Shown: positions 49,801 to 62,265 of the stretch, piece after piece
Position numbering within the stretch: the first letter of the stretch is position 1
Layout: each line of letters opens with the position of its first letter
Assembly: GCF_006345805.1 (NCBI RefSeq)
Contig: NC_042997.1
Location: 92,318,001 to 92,382,000, forward strand
DNA from: Octopus sinensis
Lineage: Eukaryota
Length of the DNA: 64,000 nucleotides
Reading direction: 5' to 3'
Program-made: the position numbers and the translations under genes
The notes under the pieces: model-generated
The model's input: only the letters and a program-made list of their open reading frames with translations
Databases searched by the model: none
Told to the model about the DNA's origin: nothing

Positions 49801-52800
49801 ATAAACATCTAATTTACTTACTGAATATAAAGGTGCTAAGTTTGTGTTATTCTCACAGGTGTAAAACTGTGGGTTTGATTACTGATCTAGATGGCATGTT
49901 TTGTCCTTGAGTAAGGTACTACATTCCATGTTTCCCGTGTCCACTCTGGGCTTAACCCTGCAATAGATTGCCTTCCCATTATCTCATTCAGGGGGATTCT
50001 TTAGGGGTAGGAGACTGTCAGATGTTCTATTTTCCACTATTGAAAAAGCCATCTTGAAAGCCTGATTACCCAGTTGGTCTTGATAATGATGCTGATGACT
50101 AACTGGATGAGACTGAACTCTGTCAGGGGCTTGGTTTAAATAAAGCCAAGTATATGTTGTATATTTTAAAAATTTATTCTCGATTTAGAACATATGGTCT
50201 TGATCCTGTAAACCACTGAAGATCATGTGAGTTTCTAATTAGTATGATTGACTATTTCCCATATTTTATAGTGACATAAATTGAGAGGGATAGGCCTAGT
50301 TCAGTGCTTGTTTTTGTATCCAAATTACAGAGCTGTTCTGATGAAAACATGCAAACTTAATTTTCCCAGTAATAGACCAACATTGTTTCCACATCCTTAA
50401 ATTAAGACTTCCATCGCAATATCTACATCATTCATCATTGTCTTAATGTCCACTTTTCCATGGAATTTGTATAATTGTATGTATTTTTGGCAAAGACTCC
50501 ACCAACCCAAGCAAACATAGAAAAATGAATGTAACATTTTGATAATGATTATATTTTAGGTAAAAACTTTTACGAAAAACAATGTATTAGGTCCCAGAGG
50601 TCGAATGAAAAAGCGGCAGCTTGTATTGAAACTGGCAAGAAGGTAATTAATTTAATGTTTCCTGAAGTGTTTCTGCTACAATAATACTAATAATGATAAC
50701 AGTAATAATAATGTTGATAGTAGGAGTAGTAGTAGTAGTAATAATAATAATGGCTTCAAATTTTGACACAAGACCAGCAATTTTGTGGGAAGGGAATTAG
50801 TCAATGCCACCAACCTTATTTTTATCCTCAACAGGCAAAAGTCAACCTTGGTGAAATTTGAGCTCAGAACCTAAAAAGCTTGAAGAGATGCTGCTAAGCA
50901 TTTTGTCCAGTGAACTAATGATTCTGCCGATTCACTGCCTTAGTAATAATAAAAATAATTTCAAATATTGTCACAAGGCCAGCAATTTTGAGTGGAGGAG
51001 CAAGTCGATTACATTGATCTCAGTGCTTGATTGGTATTTATTTTATTGATGCAGAAAGGAAGAAAGTCAACCTAAAAAGCCTGAAGACATGCCACTAAGC
51101 ATTTTGTTCAGTGCACAAATGATTCTGCCAACTTGTTGCCTTAATAATAATAATAATGATGATAATCCTTTCTGCTGTAGACACAAGGTCTCAAATTTTG
51201 GGTGAGGTGCCTAATCGATTACATTGGTCCCAGTGTTTCATTAGTACTTAATTTATCAACCACCAAAAGGATGAAAAGCAAAGCTGACCTTGGCAGAACT
51301 TGAACTCAGAAGTTTTTTGAGGAAGGGTTTTGATATAAATATCAACCTCCCCCGTTCTTCACAGTAAAATAATTTATTCTACTTTTCAAAATTATTGTAA
51401 TTATAATTTGCTAATGCTTACAACTTCTAGTTTCTTTGGATTCTACTGTTTTACTACTTTATTATCTTTAGAAATTAGTTCCCCCAAACCCTGTTGTCAT
51501 TTAATCTCAGTTCAGCCCTGATTAAAGAAGATCCAGGATGATACTCCACTTATAACCATCCTATCTTTTGGCATATGTAGGTCTATAGTGTTAGTTGTCA
51601 CTTTTTTAAGACAGTAAGGCATGATTTGAGGGAGAATTGGTGACTATTTCATCAAGGTAAATATCTGTGTTGAGACTTGCTCAGCTGGCCCTGATGACAT
51701 TGATGGAGTTGGTAGTGTCCATTAAATTATGTTGTCTGTTAATGAAAATTAGAATGAAGTTAGAGAGGAAAATCTTAATCAACATTGTTATCAGTCTTTA
51801 GTTCCCTTTACGTTTAGAAAGAATGTATCTAATAGATGTACTAATTAAAGCAGAAAATATTACTGCATACTCATCCACTGTTAAAATACTTGATACACTT
51901 TCACATTCTTCAAGAACTGTCTTAGAAAAAAAAAAAAATCAAAGGATGGTTTAAAATCAGGATGTGTATGGCTCAGTGGTTAGGATGTTGGACTCCTAAT
52001 CATAAGATTGTGGTTTCAATTCCTGGACTGAGCAACATGTGTTCTTGAGCAAAACACTTCATTTCACATTTCTCCAGTCCACTCAGCTGGTAAAAAGGAG
52101 TAATCATGTGACAGACTGGTATCCCATCCAGGTGGGGAATATGTATGCCACAGAAACTGGGAAAACTGGCCCTATGAGTATATATGACTCAAGGAAGGAT
52201 TTTTATCCTTTTATCATTTATGCTCCACAGTGAGACTGCTCTATATTACTTTTGTTGTTGTTGTTTTCATATCTTCAACTTGGAATACAATAATGTTTAA
52301 AGGCTTGGATTCATCCACTTAGAACAGATTTTAAACTCATATTTGTTGTAATTTTTATTTAAAATGCCTAGACAGGTGTTAACTTAGGAGTAAATAATAT
52401 TTCTTTGTGCAATAGACAGGTGTTAACTTAGGAGTAAATAATATTTCTTTGTGCAATGTTTCCTTGCAGGCTTCTTGAACACAAGAAAGAGAATCATCCA
52501 AAATTGCTAGTCAAAGAACCTCCACGATCTTTCTTGGAGGTTGATTCTTCTGAACAGGATGAATCTGATCACAGACTTCCTTCTGATATTTTGTATATGC
52601 TCAGAAGTGTTAGGTAAGTAAATGTAATTTTATTCAAGTTAATCTTTTATGTATTTTTGTTTTTTTTATACCAAACAGTATCTTTCTTCAAACAAATCTA
52701 CAATAATTTCTTTTCAGATAATTTGTTTGCCGTAGTAGGTTATCCTTCATGTAATCCCAGTTAAGTTCAGTTATATTCCAATATGGTTTAACCTTACACA

Positions 52801-55474
52801 GTTTTCTTAGAAAAGAGTTAGACCTTAATTATATTTTTCTGTTTTACTTACTAAAATAACACAACTTCTTGATTGGGAGAAATATTGCTTTTTATCATTT
52901 CCATTATTTAAAAAATTTTAAGACCCTATTTTGCTTATTTTTCTTTTAGCACACTGGTGTGTGTCACTCTTGGTTATTTCTCAGTTTCTTTTCATCATAA
53001 GTTTTATTGTTCTGTATTGGTATTAATTTTGTATATGTAATTTCTGCAAGATTTTTCTATGCATGGAATGTTGGAAAATACAAGCTTTACAGTGACAAAT
53101 CTTTTCTAGATGTCTTTGAAAACTAACACCAGTTGACTTCCTTTTAATGATTGAAATAGACTAAAACTAATGTAGATTTAAAATAACTAGAATGCTGTTT
53201 GCTCAAAGTTTTTCTTGATGTAGTAAGTGTATTGATCTTTTTAAGCTGTTGGTATTATTTTTTCTATTTATTTACCAGTAGAAAACAGCACCTATGACCT
53301 TTGTATTCCTTCTCAGACTAGTGTGAATAATACAGTTATTAAGTTTGAACTTCTATAGTTTAACATAAATAATGAAAGTGTGGGTTGCAGGTCTTGGAAG
53401 AAATAACTAGGCAAAGTGTTTGATATATAGCATGAGAAGAAAGAGAGGTGAGACATGTTAAGGATGAGAGAAGACTGGATCAAGTGAGCTGGTGTAGGTA
53501 TGATAAGAGTTTGTTAGTATAGAAGAAAGAGGTCATTGTAGAAAAGAAACTAAGTGTCTGTGTTATAGTAGATTTATTTTGGTTATAATTAAAGGTGTTT
53601 GAGTGAATAGCAGCAGCACTATTACACATATTCAAGCAACTTTCTATTGTGGATCAAACATGAACTGAATGTCTGCAACTGATCAGAGCTGGAGTATTTT
53701 CTATCTCTGGAAAAAAGCCTAACTTTTGGATGTGTAATCCATTAGTTTAAGATAGTATAAAGTTTAAGTTGTTGGATTACATAGTCCTAGGTTCAAATCT
53801 TACTGTAGCCATAATGTTGTGAATCTCAAATAAAAATATAAATTACCTTGTTCTTGTTTCCCCTGACAACAGATTCCATTCCTACTTTACGAAAGAAACT
53901 CCTCATTTCTATTTGCTAGGTAATTTTCAATAAATATGATATTTGAATAATTTTTTTATTATTTAATATGAATTATAATGCATTGTGTTACTTAACATTT
54001 GATTTTCCAGTTATTGTATATATAAATAAAAGAATAAGAATTATTTTTAATTCTCATAAACATTATACTGGTGTTTCATTCTTCATTTATTCATTTTTCT
54101 ACTCAGGGTGTTTGGACATCTTCAAAAAGATTTGTTTTTAGAGCTTTGCCGAGATTTTGAACGAAAGTTTATACCAGCAAATAGTTATCTGTTTCGCATT
54201 GGTGACAATGACGACAGTATATACGTAGTGGAAAGTGGCAAAATTCATGTCTGCTTTACCGAAAGTGTAAGTTGTTGCTTTATTCTTCAGTTTTTACTTC
54301 ATTGGTGACACTTTTACCAATTTGAGTATTTGACAAGCATGTCTGTGTTGTGAGAAGTTCGCTTCCAAATCATGTATTCTTAGGTGCAATCTCACTGTGT
54401 GGTTCCTTGGGCAAGTGTCTTCTACTATAGCCCTAGGCATGTCCAAGCCTTGCGAGTAGATCTAGTAGACAGAAACTGAAAGAAGCCTCTGTGTGTGTGT
54501 GTGTGTTACTCTCTCTTTGCCTTGACATCACATTATAATTGTGAGTGTCGCCATCATGCAAACAGTGTCCTTCATTTCCAATCTTCTATGAAAACCTGTC
54601 TAATTATGGGAAAATATTAAATTTACTTGTAAACAGATGAAGGTTGCTGACAGGAAAGACATCCAGCTGTAGAAAATCTGCTTCAACAAACTCTGTTTCA
54701 TCCATGCAAACATGGAAAAGTGAAGAGTGGATGTTAAAATGATGATAACAATATTTTAGTGTTACATATTTAAATATACTCTATTAGCTGAGATTGTTTG
54801 CTAAACCAGTTTATTTGGCACAAATCTTTTAAACTTGTAGACTTAACTTTATATTTCAATCTCTTCTCTTTTAGGATGGAATGGATTATTTAGTCAAAGA
54901 AGTACAGACTGGTGAAAGCATTCACAGTCTCCTCAGTATTGTTGATGTGCTAACGGTGAGATTTTTTTACTCATTTTTATATTTCCCTGATTATAGTTAG
55001 AGTTGGTTTTTATTTCATTCACATGCTAAATTCTTCTGTAACACAATGGATAGATGATTTTTTAAATTCTCAAGTTCAGTAAATATTATTTCTATTGTTG
55101 CTGTCACTGTTAAAGACTCCTCATATCTCACTTTTTCATTGACTGAATATATCAGTCTTGTTTGGAGTAAATGTTACTGTTAAGGTTATAGAAAGTAGGA
55201 AGAAAATTTTAGCAAGCATGACCAATTGTTAGGTATATTTATTCATATTTAAACATAGTAAAATATATTTCTAGCATTTGAAAATTGATATTTCTAGCAT
55301 CAGTACTATGAAATAGCTTTCTTTTTCAAATTACAAATAACAAAGGTTTCTAAATTCATTACTGAATTTATCATTTTAGCAAATCTAAATATTAAGATAA
55401 TTAAAAATGATAATAAGCATTTTTTTTTTTTACATAAAGAAGTTTGTGTGTATATATGCATATATATATATATA

Positions 55475-55521
<47 letters not shown>

Positions 55522-58500
55522 AAGTTTGTGTGTATATATATGCATATATATATATAATAATAATAATTTGTCTTCAATTTTGTTTAGGGTCACCCGTCAC
55601 CATTCAAAACAGTATCTGCTAAGGCTGTTGAAAATACACATGTTCTCAGGTAAATAATAACTCTGTGTGTGTGTGAACAGAAAATAACTTTACATTGAAG
55701 CAGGTGATATTTCAAGATGTTGTTTAGCCCCATGCTAGTTCTGACTGAGTTAACCTATAAGCAAATACTTTCCAAACCTGATCATCTTGTATTTTTTTGA
55801 CATATAATGTTTCTAAGAATACATTATTCAATATGTCCTGCTTTTAAGGTGATAGGCTGTGATTTAAGATATGCATATTCACATCATCAATGCACATCAT
55901 GTCCACATGCAGATAATACAGCACTTCGCTCCTTCTTCACCTTGTACATGGATATCATTTATATGAGCTTAGATGTCCTACTACCAGTGTAATACTATAA
56001 CCATAAACAGAAGCAATTCATCCATCAGTGGATGCATAGCTTAGTCATTACTGATGCCAAAACACATCTCTATATGTGCCCTGTTTTAGCCCAGCTAAAA
56101 TCTTCAAGCATTCTATAACTGTTTGGTCCTACACTCTCTGGCCTCATAGAAACAACTAATCTATAACAAAGGTTGCATACTAAAATCTAAGTTTTGTTTG
56201 GAACAAGAAAGTTTTTCAGTTCAGAAGAGTTGCTGACTCTACAAAACGTGTGACCACATTACAATATTGCTCATGTATCCAAAATTATGAGCTGGCATAC
56301 ACACAATATTCTAGATCAGATCTAGCTCATAGAAAAGTTTTGCTCAATCACTGTATCACTGATTTATATGATCCTCCTCTCTTTAACTTCTATAACACTA
56401 TCACACTCACCCAAACTATTTGATACATCTCACTCCCAGACCATATAATCTTCTTTAGAATCATTTATAATAATAAGGATAATGATGATAAAAACAAAAT
56501 TCAGGACATAACTTAAAAGTACTTCAGGTTAGAATTTGCAAATTGCTAAAAATCTTGAAGGAAATCTTTTATAGTTATAAGATGATCATGTTTTCTGCTA
56601 GCAAAGTTAGTAAGCATGATGGATTATTAGCTAAAATATGATGGTTCATATATCTTTAGTAGTTAAGTGTTCATAACCAATAGATTTAACCTGTATTGGA
56701 ATAGTGTATACAGCTCACTGCTCTAAAGAGCCAGAACATTGTATAATTAATGACTAATTTATGAACTTACTGTACTAATTTCAAGTTCTATTATTAATCA
56801 GAATAAGGTAGTGGGAAAACAATTCAAATGCTTAGTCTCTCAGACCAAGACCTTCAACATTATTGGGATTTTTGATTTTAGAAACCAACCCTGATTTGCA
56901 TTTACGAGTTAACTGGTGTTTTATTTTATTGAGGCTGGAAGGGTAAAATGTAAAGTTGGCAAAATTTGAACTTAGAATGCAGTGAGTTGGAACAAATATT
57001 GGTTTCAAATTTTGGCACAAGGCTAACAATTTTGGGGAAGGGGTAAGTCAATTCCATCAACCTCAGAGATCAACTGGTACTTATTTTATCAACTCTGAAA
57101 GGATGAAAGGCAAAGATGACCTTGGCAGAATTTGATCTCAGCACATAAAGACGGACAAAATGCTGCTAAACATTTTGTCTGACATACTAATGATTCTGCC
57201 AGCTTGCCCCCTCGAGTTGGAACAAATATTGCAAATATTTTATCCAGTGCTGTCATGATTATGCCAATATGTCATTCTGTTGAATATTATCTGATAAATT
57301 TGCTTACTATGTTTGTATTGTTGAGTATATGTGAGGAATATAAACTCATTTCTAGACTTTACCTTTTTTTGTGTTTTGACCGATGCATCCTGGTCATCGT
57401 CAGGTGTCTTATTTGACATATGTAATCATGTTAGTTGTTTAGAAAAAAAAATTCCACTTTTTGTGAATTATATCTTTTTAATTTCTTTTTTCTATTTTAT
57501 AGATTACCTGTACAGGCGTTTCAGTCTGTATTTGAAACCTACCCAGACTCTTTAGTCCGTGTTGTACAAATTATAATGGTTCGGTTGCAGAGAGTTACAT
57601 TCTTGGCTTTACATAAATACCTTGGTCTCTGCACTGAACTTATTAACCCGGTATCATCATTTTTTTTTTATTGTTTTCATTTTGTTATGTGTTTTATTTA
57701 TAAATCTACTGAGAAGGGGAACCCATTACATTTTTAAGTAATCCTAGACTAGAGTGTAGGAATAACTTGCTGAGTTTAGTATGGTTAATGATTGAGACAT
57801 TTTCTAGATAAAAATATCGACATGAATAATTTAAGCATTAATGTAATAGCTTTGTTTATCTGTTAACCATTTTGTTATGCTTTCTGAAAAAGCACATAAC
57901 TCTGATTGTGAAAATAAGCCCATCCCACCAATAATATGGAGCAATGTGTTCAACAGTTAAGTGTTATTTTATATAAATAGAAGATAAAGACTTCAAAATT
58001 CTCGTTTTATTATGTTTCAATTATAATTTTTTTTTATCTGTAATGTATTATATTTACATTCAAAGGTTCTTTTGAATATTGATTATAATCTGTTGGCTCA
58101 GATGTTTTTGCTGGTCCCTTGCTCCTAGATTCTTTGTTTGTTCTTTCACTGGGGCTGTACTATATTCTTGATATGACATTTAACATTTACTACTTAGCAG
58201 TAAAATAGTATCCTGTATAGGGGTTGTCATCCATAGTGAGAAATGGAACCCCTATATAACTGAAATTTAATGTATGGTAATGTGCTTAGTCTCTTGTAAA
58301 CAACAACAAAAAAACCTGAAATAGGCTTGTATCTTTTCTTACTTTGGAAGAAAATAGATTGTTTAGCTGTTTAATGTCATAAAATCAGGGATAAACTATT
58401 AATATTTTTTTCTTTTTTCTTTTTATATTGTGAAGTTGGTGTCTCAAGACGAAAATGTGAAAAACTTGAATATCTATTCCTTGCTCAATAACAGCCATGG

Positions 58501-61500
58501 AAGTCCTCAGAGATCCATAAGCTTAAAAGACCACCAATCCACACCATTATTAAACTTGCCATGTCAGGATGTAACTTCATCTTTAGAATCAGAGACAATT
58601 GATTATTCATCTGAGAAATCTTCTGGATATGCACCTAAAGAGAATTATTGTAAGTATTTTAGGATTTATGTAATTTGCTTGAAATATTTTCTATCTCTAT
58701 CCACATTAATTGGTAAAACCTATAAACAGCACACATTTGCTAAAACCTTGGATAGTGTGTGATCATGTATGGATACATATTCACATATCACAGGGTAGAT
58801 TATAAATGAAACTTCCTAATAAATGGCAAATATTTCCTCACCAAACAATAATGATCATTGACTTAGCTTTCATCTTTGTCCTCTTGCTGACTCTTCTCCT
58901 GTTGCTTTAATGATCTTTTCTCTGCTGAACTTGTCTTTCCTTCTTTCATCAAAGCTTTAGCCTTCATATTCAATACTGAACACTTTGTTTTACTGATGAC
59001 AGTGGAAAGTATTTCAGCCAATCTTCTGTTTAATGAGGTTTTGAAAACTGCAATAATGCTGTAGGTTACAGAACATTATTTAATATCTACATTGAATAGT
59101 AACTGCTCTTCGCTCTGTTTTTTGATTAGAGAACAAAATATTGGCTATCATTTGTGTATTGTATTGATATAGTGGTATACAATTTGAAAAAGTACAAGAA
59201 TATCCACTCAAGATAATATTGGAATTGATGTAAACATACATCAACCAGTAACCAATTTCAATTGTTACCAAAGTGCCACTAGAAGAGCATTAGTGTGGGT
59301 GCTGGTGCTGCATAAAAAGCATTGGTGATGGTGCTGCATAAAAAGCACCCAGTACACTCTGTAAATTGGTTGGTATTAAGAAGGGCATGCAGTCATAGAA
59401 ACCATGCCAAAACAGACTAGAGAACCTGGTGCTGCTGCTGGCTTTGCCAGTTCCTGTCAAGCCATCCAACCTATGCCAGCATGGAAAACAAATGTTATAT
59501 GATGTTGATGAGTAATGAAATAGATTGTGGATTTTGTTAGTGGAATGAAACATTCTGTTAGGGATTGAGCTAAAATATAATTTATATTCTTATTTACTCT
59601 GGATATTATTTGCTCTTCCCTTCAAAATTAACATTTCTCCTATGTTAAAATGTTGATGCAGTTTTGCATGTACCTGTTTTTCACAGAATGATATTTTTAT
59701 GGATTTGTTCTGGTTGTGTAGAATATTTTATACGAAATATGACTTTTGAATATACAAATAGTTTTGATCATGCACTTTGACATGACTAAATGTTTCTCTT
59801 TTGAAGTACAAAGATCAACTTCAATGTGCAGTTCTGTATCAGCTACCAGTGATTCTATTTCTGTTGAATTTGATCCTATATTTGGTCGATCACAAACCTC
59901 ATTCCAAAGAAATGTTGCTGGGGGGCTTGCACCCGTACAACTGGTAAGTGCTTTTTTTTTTGTTGTTTTTTCTATTTTTACATTAATTTTCCCAATCATG
60001 TATCTTGAGTGAGATGGTTTAAAGATGGCTTAATTGAAACAGTTATTTTTGCTGTTGGATGGTCTTCTTACACACTCAGCTGTAATGTAGTAATGTAACT
60101 TGTTCTTTTCTACTCAAACTAAAGCAGCCAGTTATATAGGATTGATAGTAGAACTCAATGACAGTAGAAAAGTCTGCATTTATACCTTGAACTTCTAAAA
60201 CAGCATTATTAAACTCAAGCCATTTTTATGTATTGTGTGCTTTTTAATTCTATTTTCATATACAAATCTCTTTAGTTCAAGTGTTATATCAACCTCCTCC
60301 TTATGAATTCCTAGGGTTCTGTGGTTAGGAATATGGTAATGCTTTACTTTCCCAAACTGAATATCATCAATAACACTATTGAGATAAACAATCAAATTTC
60401 TGTATAATCTGCTTTTATTATTTCTGTTTCATTCTCTTTTTGTTACTTTCGTAGATTTAGTGTCATACTTGTAAAATATTGAATTGGGTGATATTGGTTA
60501 ATCCTAGTTCCTTATTGTATCTATATTTTATTAATGGTTGTGCATTCAGGCCACAGGAAGGAGGGGTAGGTAAAATTTAACAATCTGATGGCCATTTTGC
60601 TGATATAGGAAGATGTTAGTTAAAGATTTGAAATCTAAATGGGTAAGTTAATAGGCAATGGTTAGGAATTGAGTAACCCTCTTAACTAGAAGTGGTTTTT
60701 CATTTTGCTGTTTAGGTGTTCTATGTATGCGAGATACATGGTATGTTATAACGCAAAGTGCATTGATTTGGTTGATTTAATATATCTATGTTATCTGAGG
60801 GTGCACTGAACCTATTGTTTGTATATCATTTGTAATAGTATTCAAATCTTGCTATGGTCACCTTCGCCTTTCATCTCTCTGGAGTTGATAAAATAAAGTA
60901 TAAGTCAAGCACTGAGGCTCAAATAAATCCAGTATTTCCTGCCCTCCAGATTTCAGCTTTGTGCTTGTTAGATAAAAATTATCTAAAAAAATATTTGCTG
61001 TTGAGTATGCTGTGCCTTTAGCCTCATTTTGATTTATTTTTATGAGCTATATTAGTTTCTTTAAGGTATCATCTAACCCCCAAGTAATCTAAATATGTTG
61101 GTTCTGTTTGTGTGATACATAAAGCAATCTGTTATATTTGCATTAACTTTTTAAATGATATTTTGTTACCACGTTAGTGCTAGCACCATGATAATAAAAT
61201 GCTTACCCATTACACTCTGTAGAGTGATTGGTGATAGGAAGGGCATCCAGACATAAAGCCAAAGTAAAATGAAACCTACAAGTGAGATCTGGACCACTGA
61301 TATATCTAAAAAGCATCTATTTATTGCTAACTCTAAATAAGAACTGATTCATACCATTACAGATTGTCTAACTCATGTCATCATGGAAAGTGGACATAAA
61401 ATGATGACCTTTTTAACCATTTAGCATTCAGATTATTCTGTCTAATGTAATGCTTATTTACTCACATTGTTTTGAATTAATTGTGCATAATCTTGAGCTT

Positions 61501-62233
61501 CAATTGTTTGTGTTTAGGATGACCTTGTAGGTTAGGTGTGATAGTCTGGATCTGGCAAGTTTGAACATAAAACAAGTCAAATATTTGAGTCAGATATGGC
61601 TATTTAAATTCTAAAGAGTTTAATGTATATTTAACTCATCATGTATGGAGCTCAAGGCTTCCTCTTCAGAAGGACAATTAACATTTTTATAATTTTACAG
61701 CTATAAAATTATGTTGAGAATTTTGTTTTGTTAAATGTTTTATTTTATGTCTAAATATTAGAAATGTTTCTTTAATCTATTTAATTCTTTCATTTAGAGT
61801 GATGATGAATTAGCAAGGCAAAGAATGAATATCAAGAGACATGCATCACTTCCAATGGGATATTCACTTTCTGCAGGACGAACATTAATGGATGTGAAAA
61901 AACTTGAACTGATTCAAGTGGATTTGAGTAATCTTTTCAAACTAAAGGTGAATATCTTTACATGTAATATTTTGTTTTCTAACACACACATACACACCAT
62001 TATCATCATCATCATCATAATGTTCACTTTTCCACACTTGCATGAGTCAGATGGAATTTGTTGAGACAGATTTTCTACAGCTGGATGCCCTTTCTGTTGC
62101 TAACTCTCACATGTTTTCCAGTAAGGTATAACATGTACCTTATTAGTACACTTTGACAGTAATGCTTGCTTACAACTATCATGTGATTTGAAGACAAGGA
62201 GTCACACACACACAATCATGCCTCTGCATGCAT

Positions 62234-62265
<32 letters not shown>

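Noticed and set aside
50591-50642. Alternative acceptor at 50590 joining the exon at 46819 directly
   Set aside because: Unnecessary once the conserved exon 48870-48955 is found; poor pyrimidine tract
57651-57737. In-frame read-through past the weak GTATCA donor as a truncated isoform
   Set aside because: The extension is low-complexity intron-like sequence with no independent evidence
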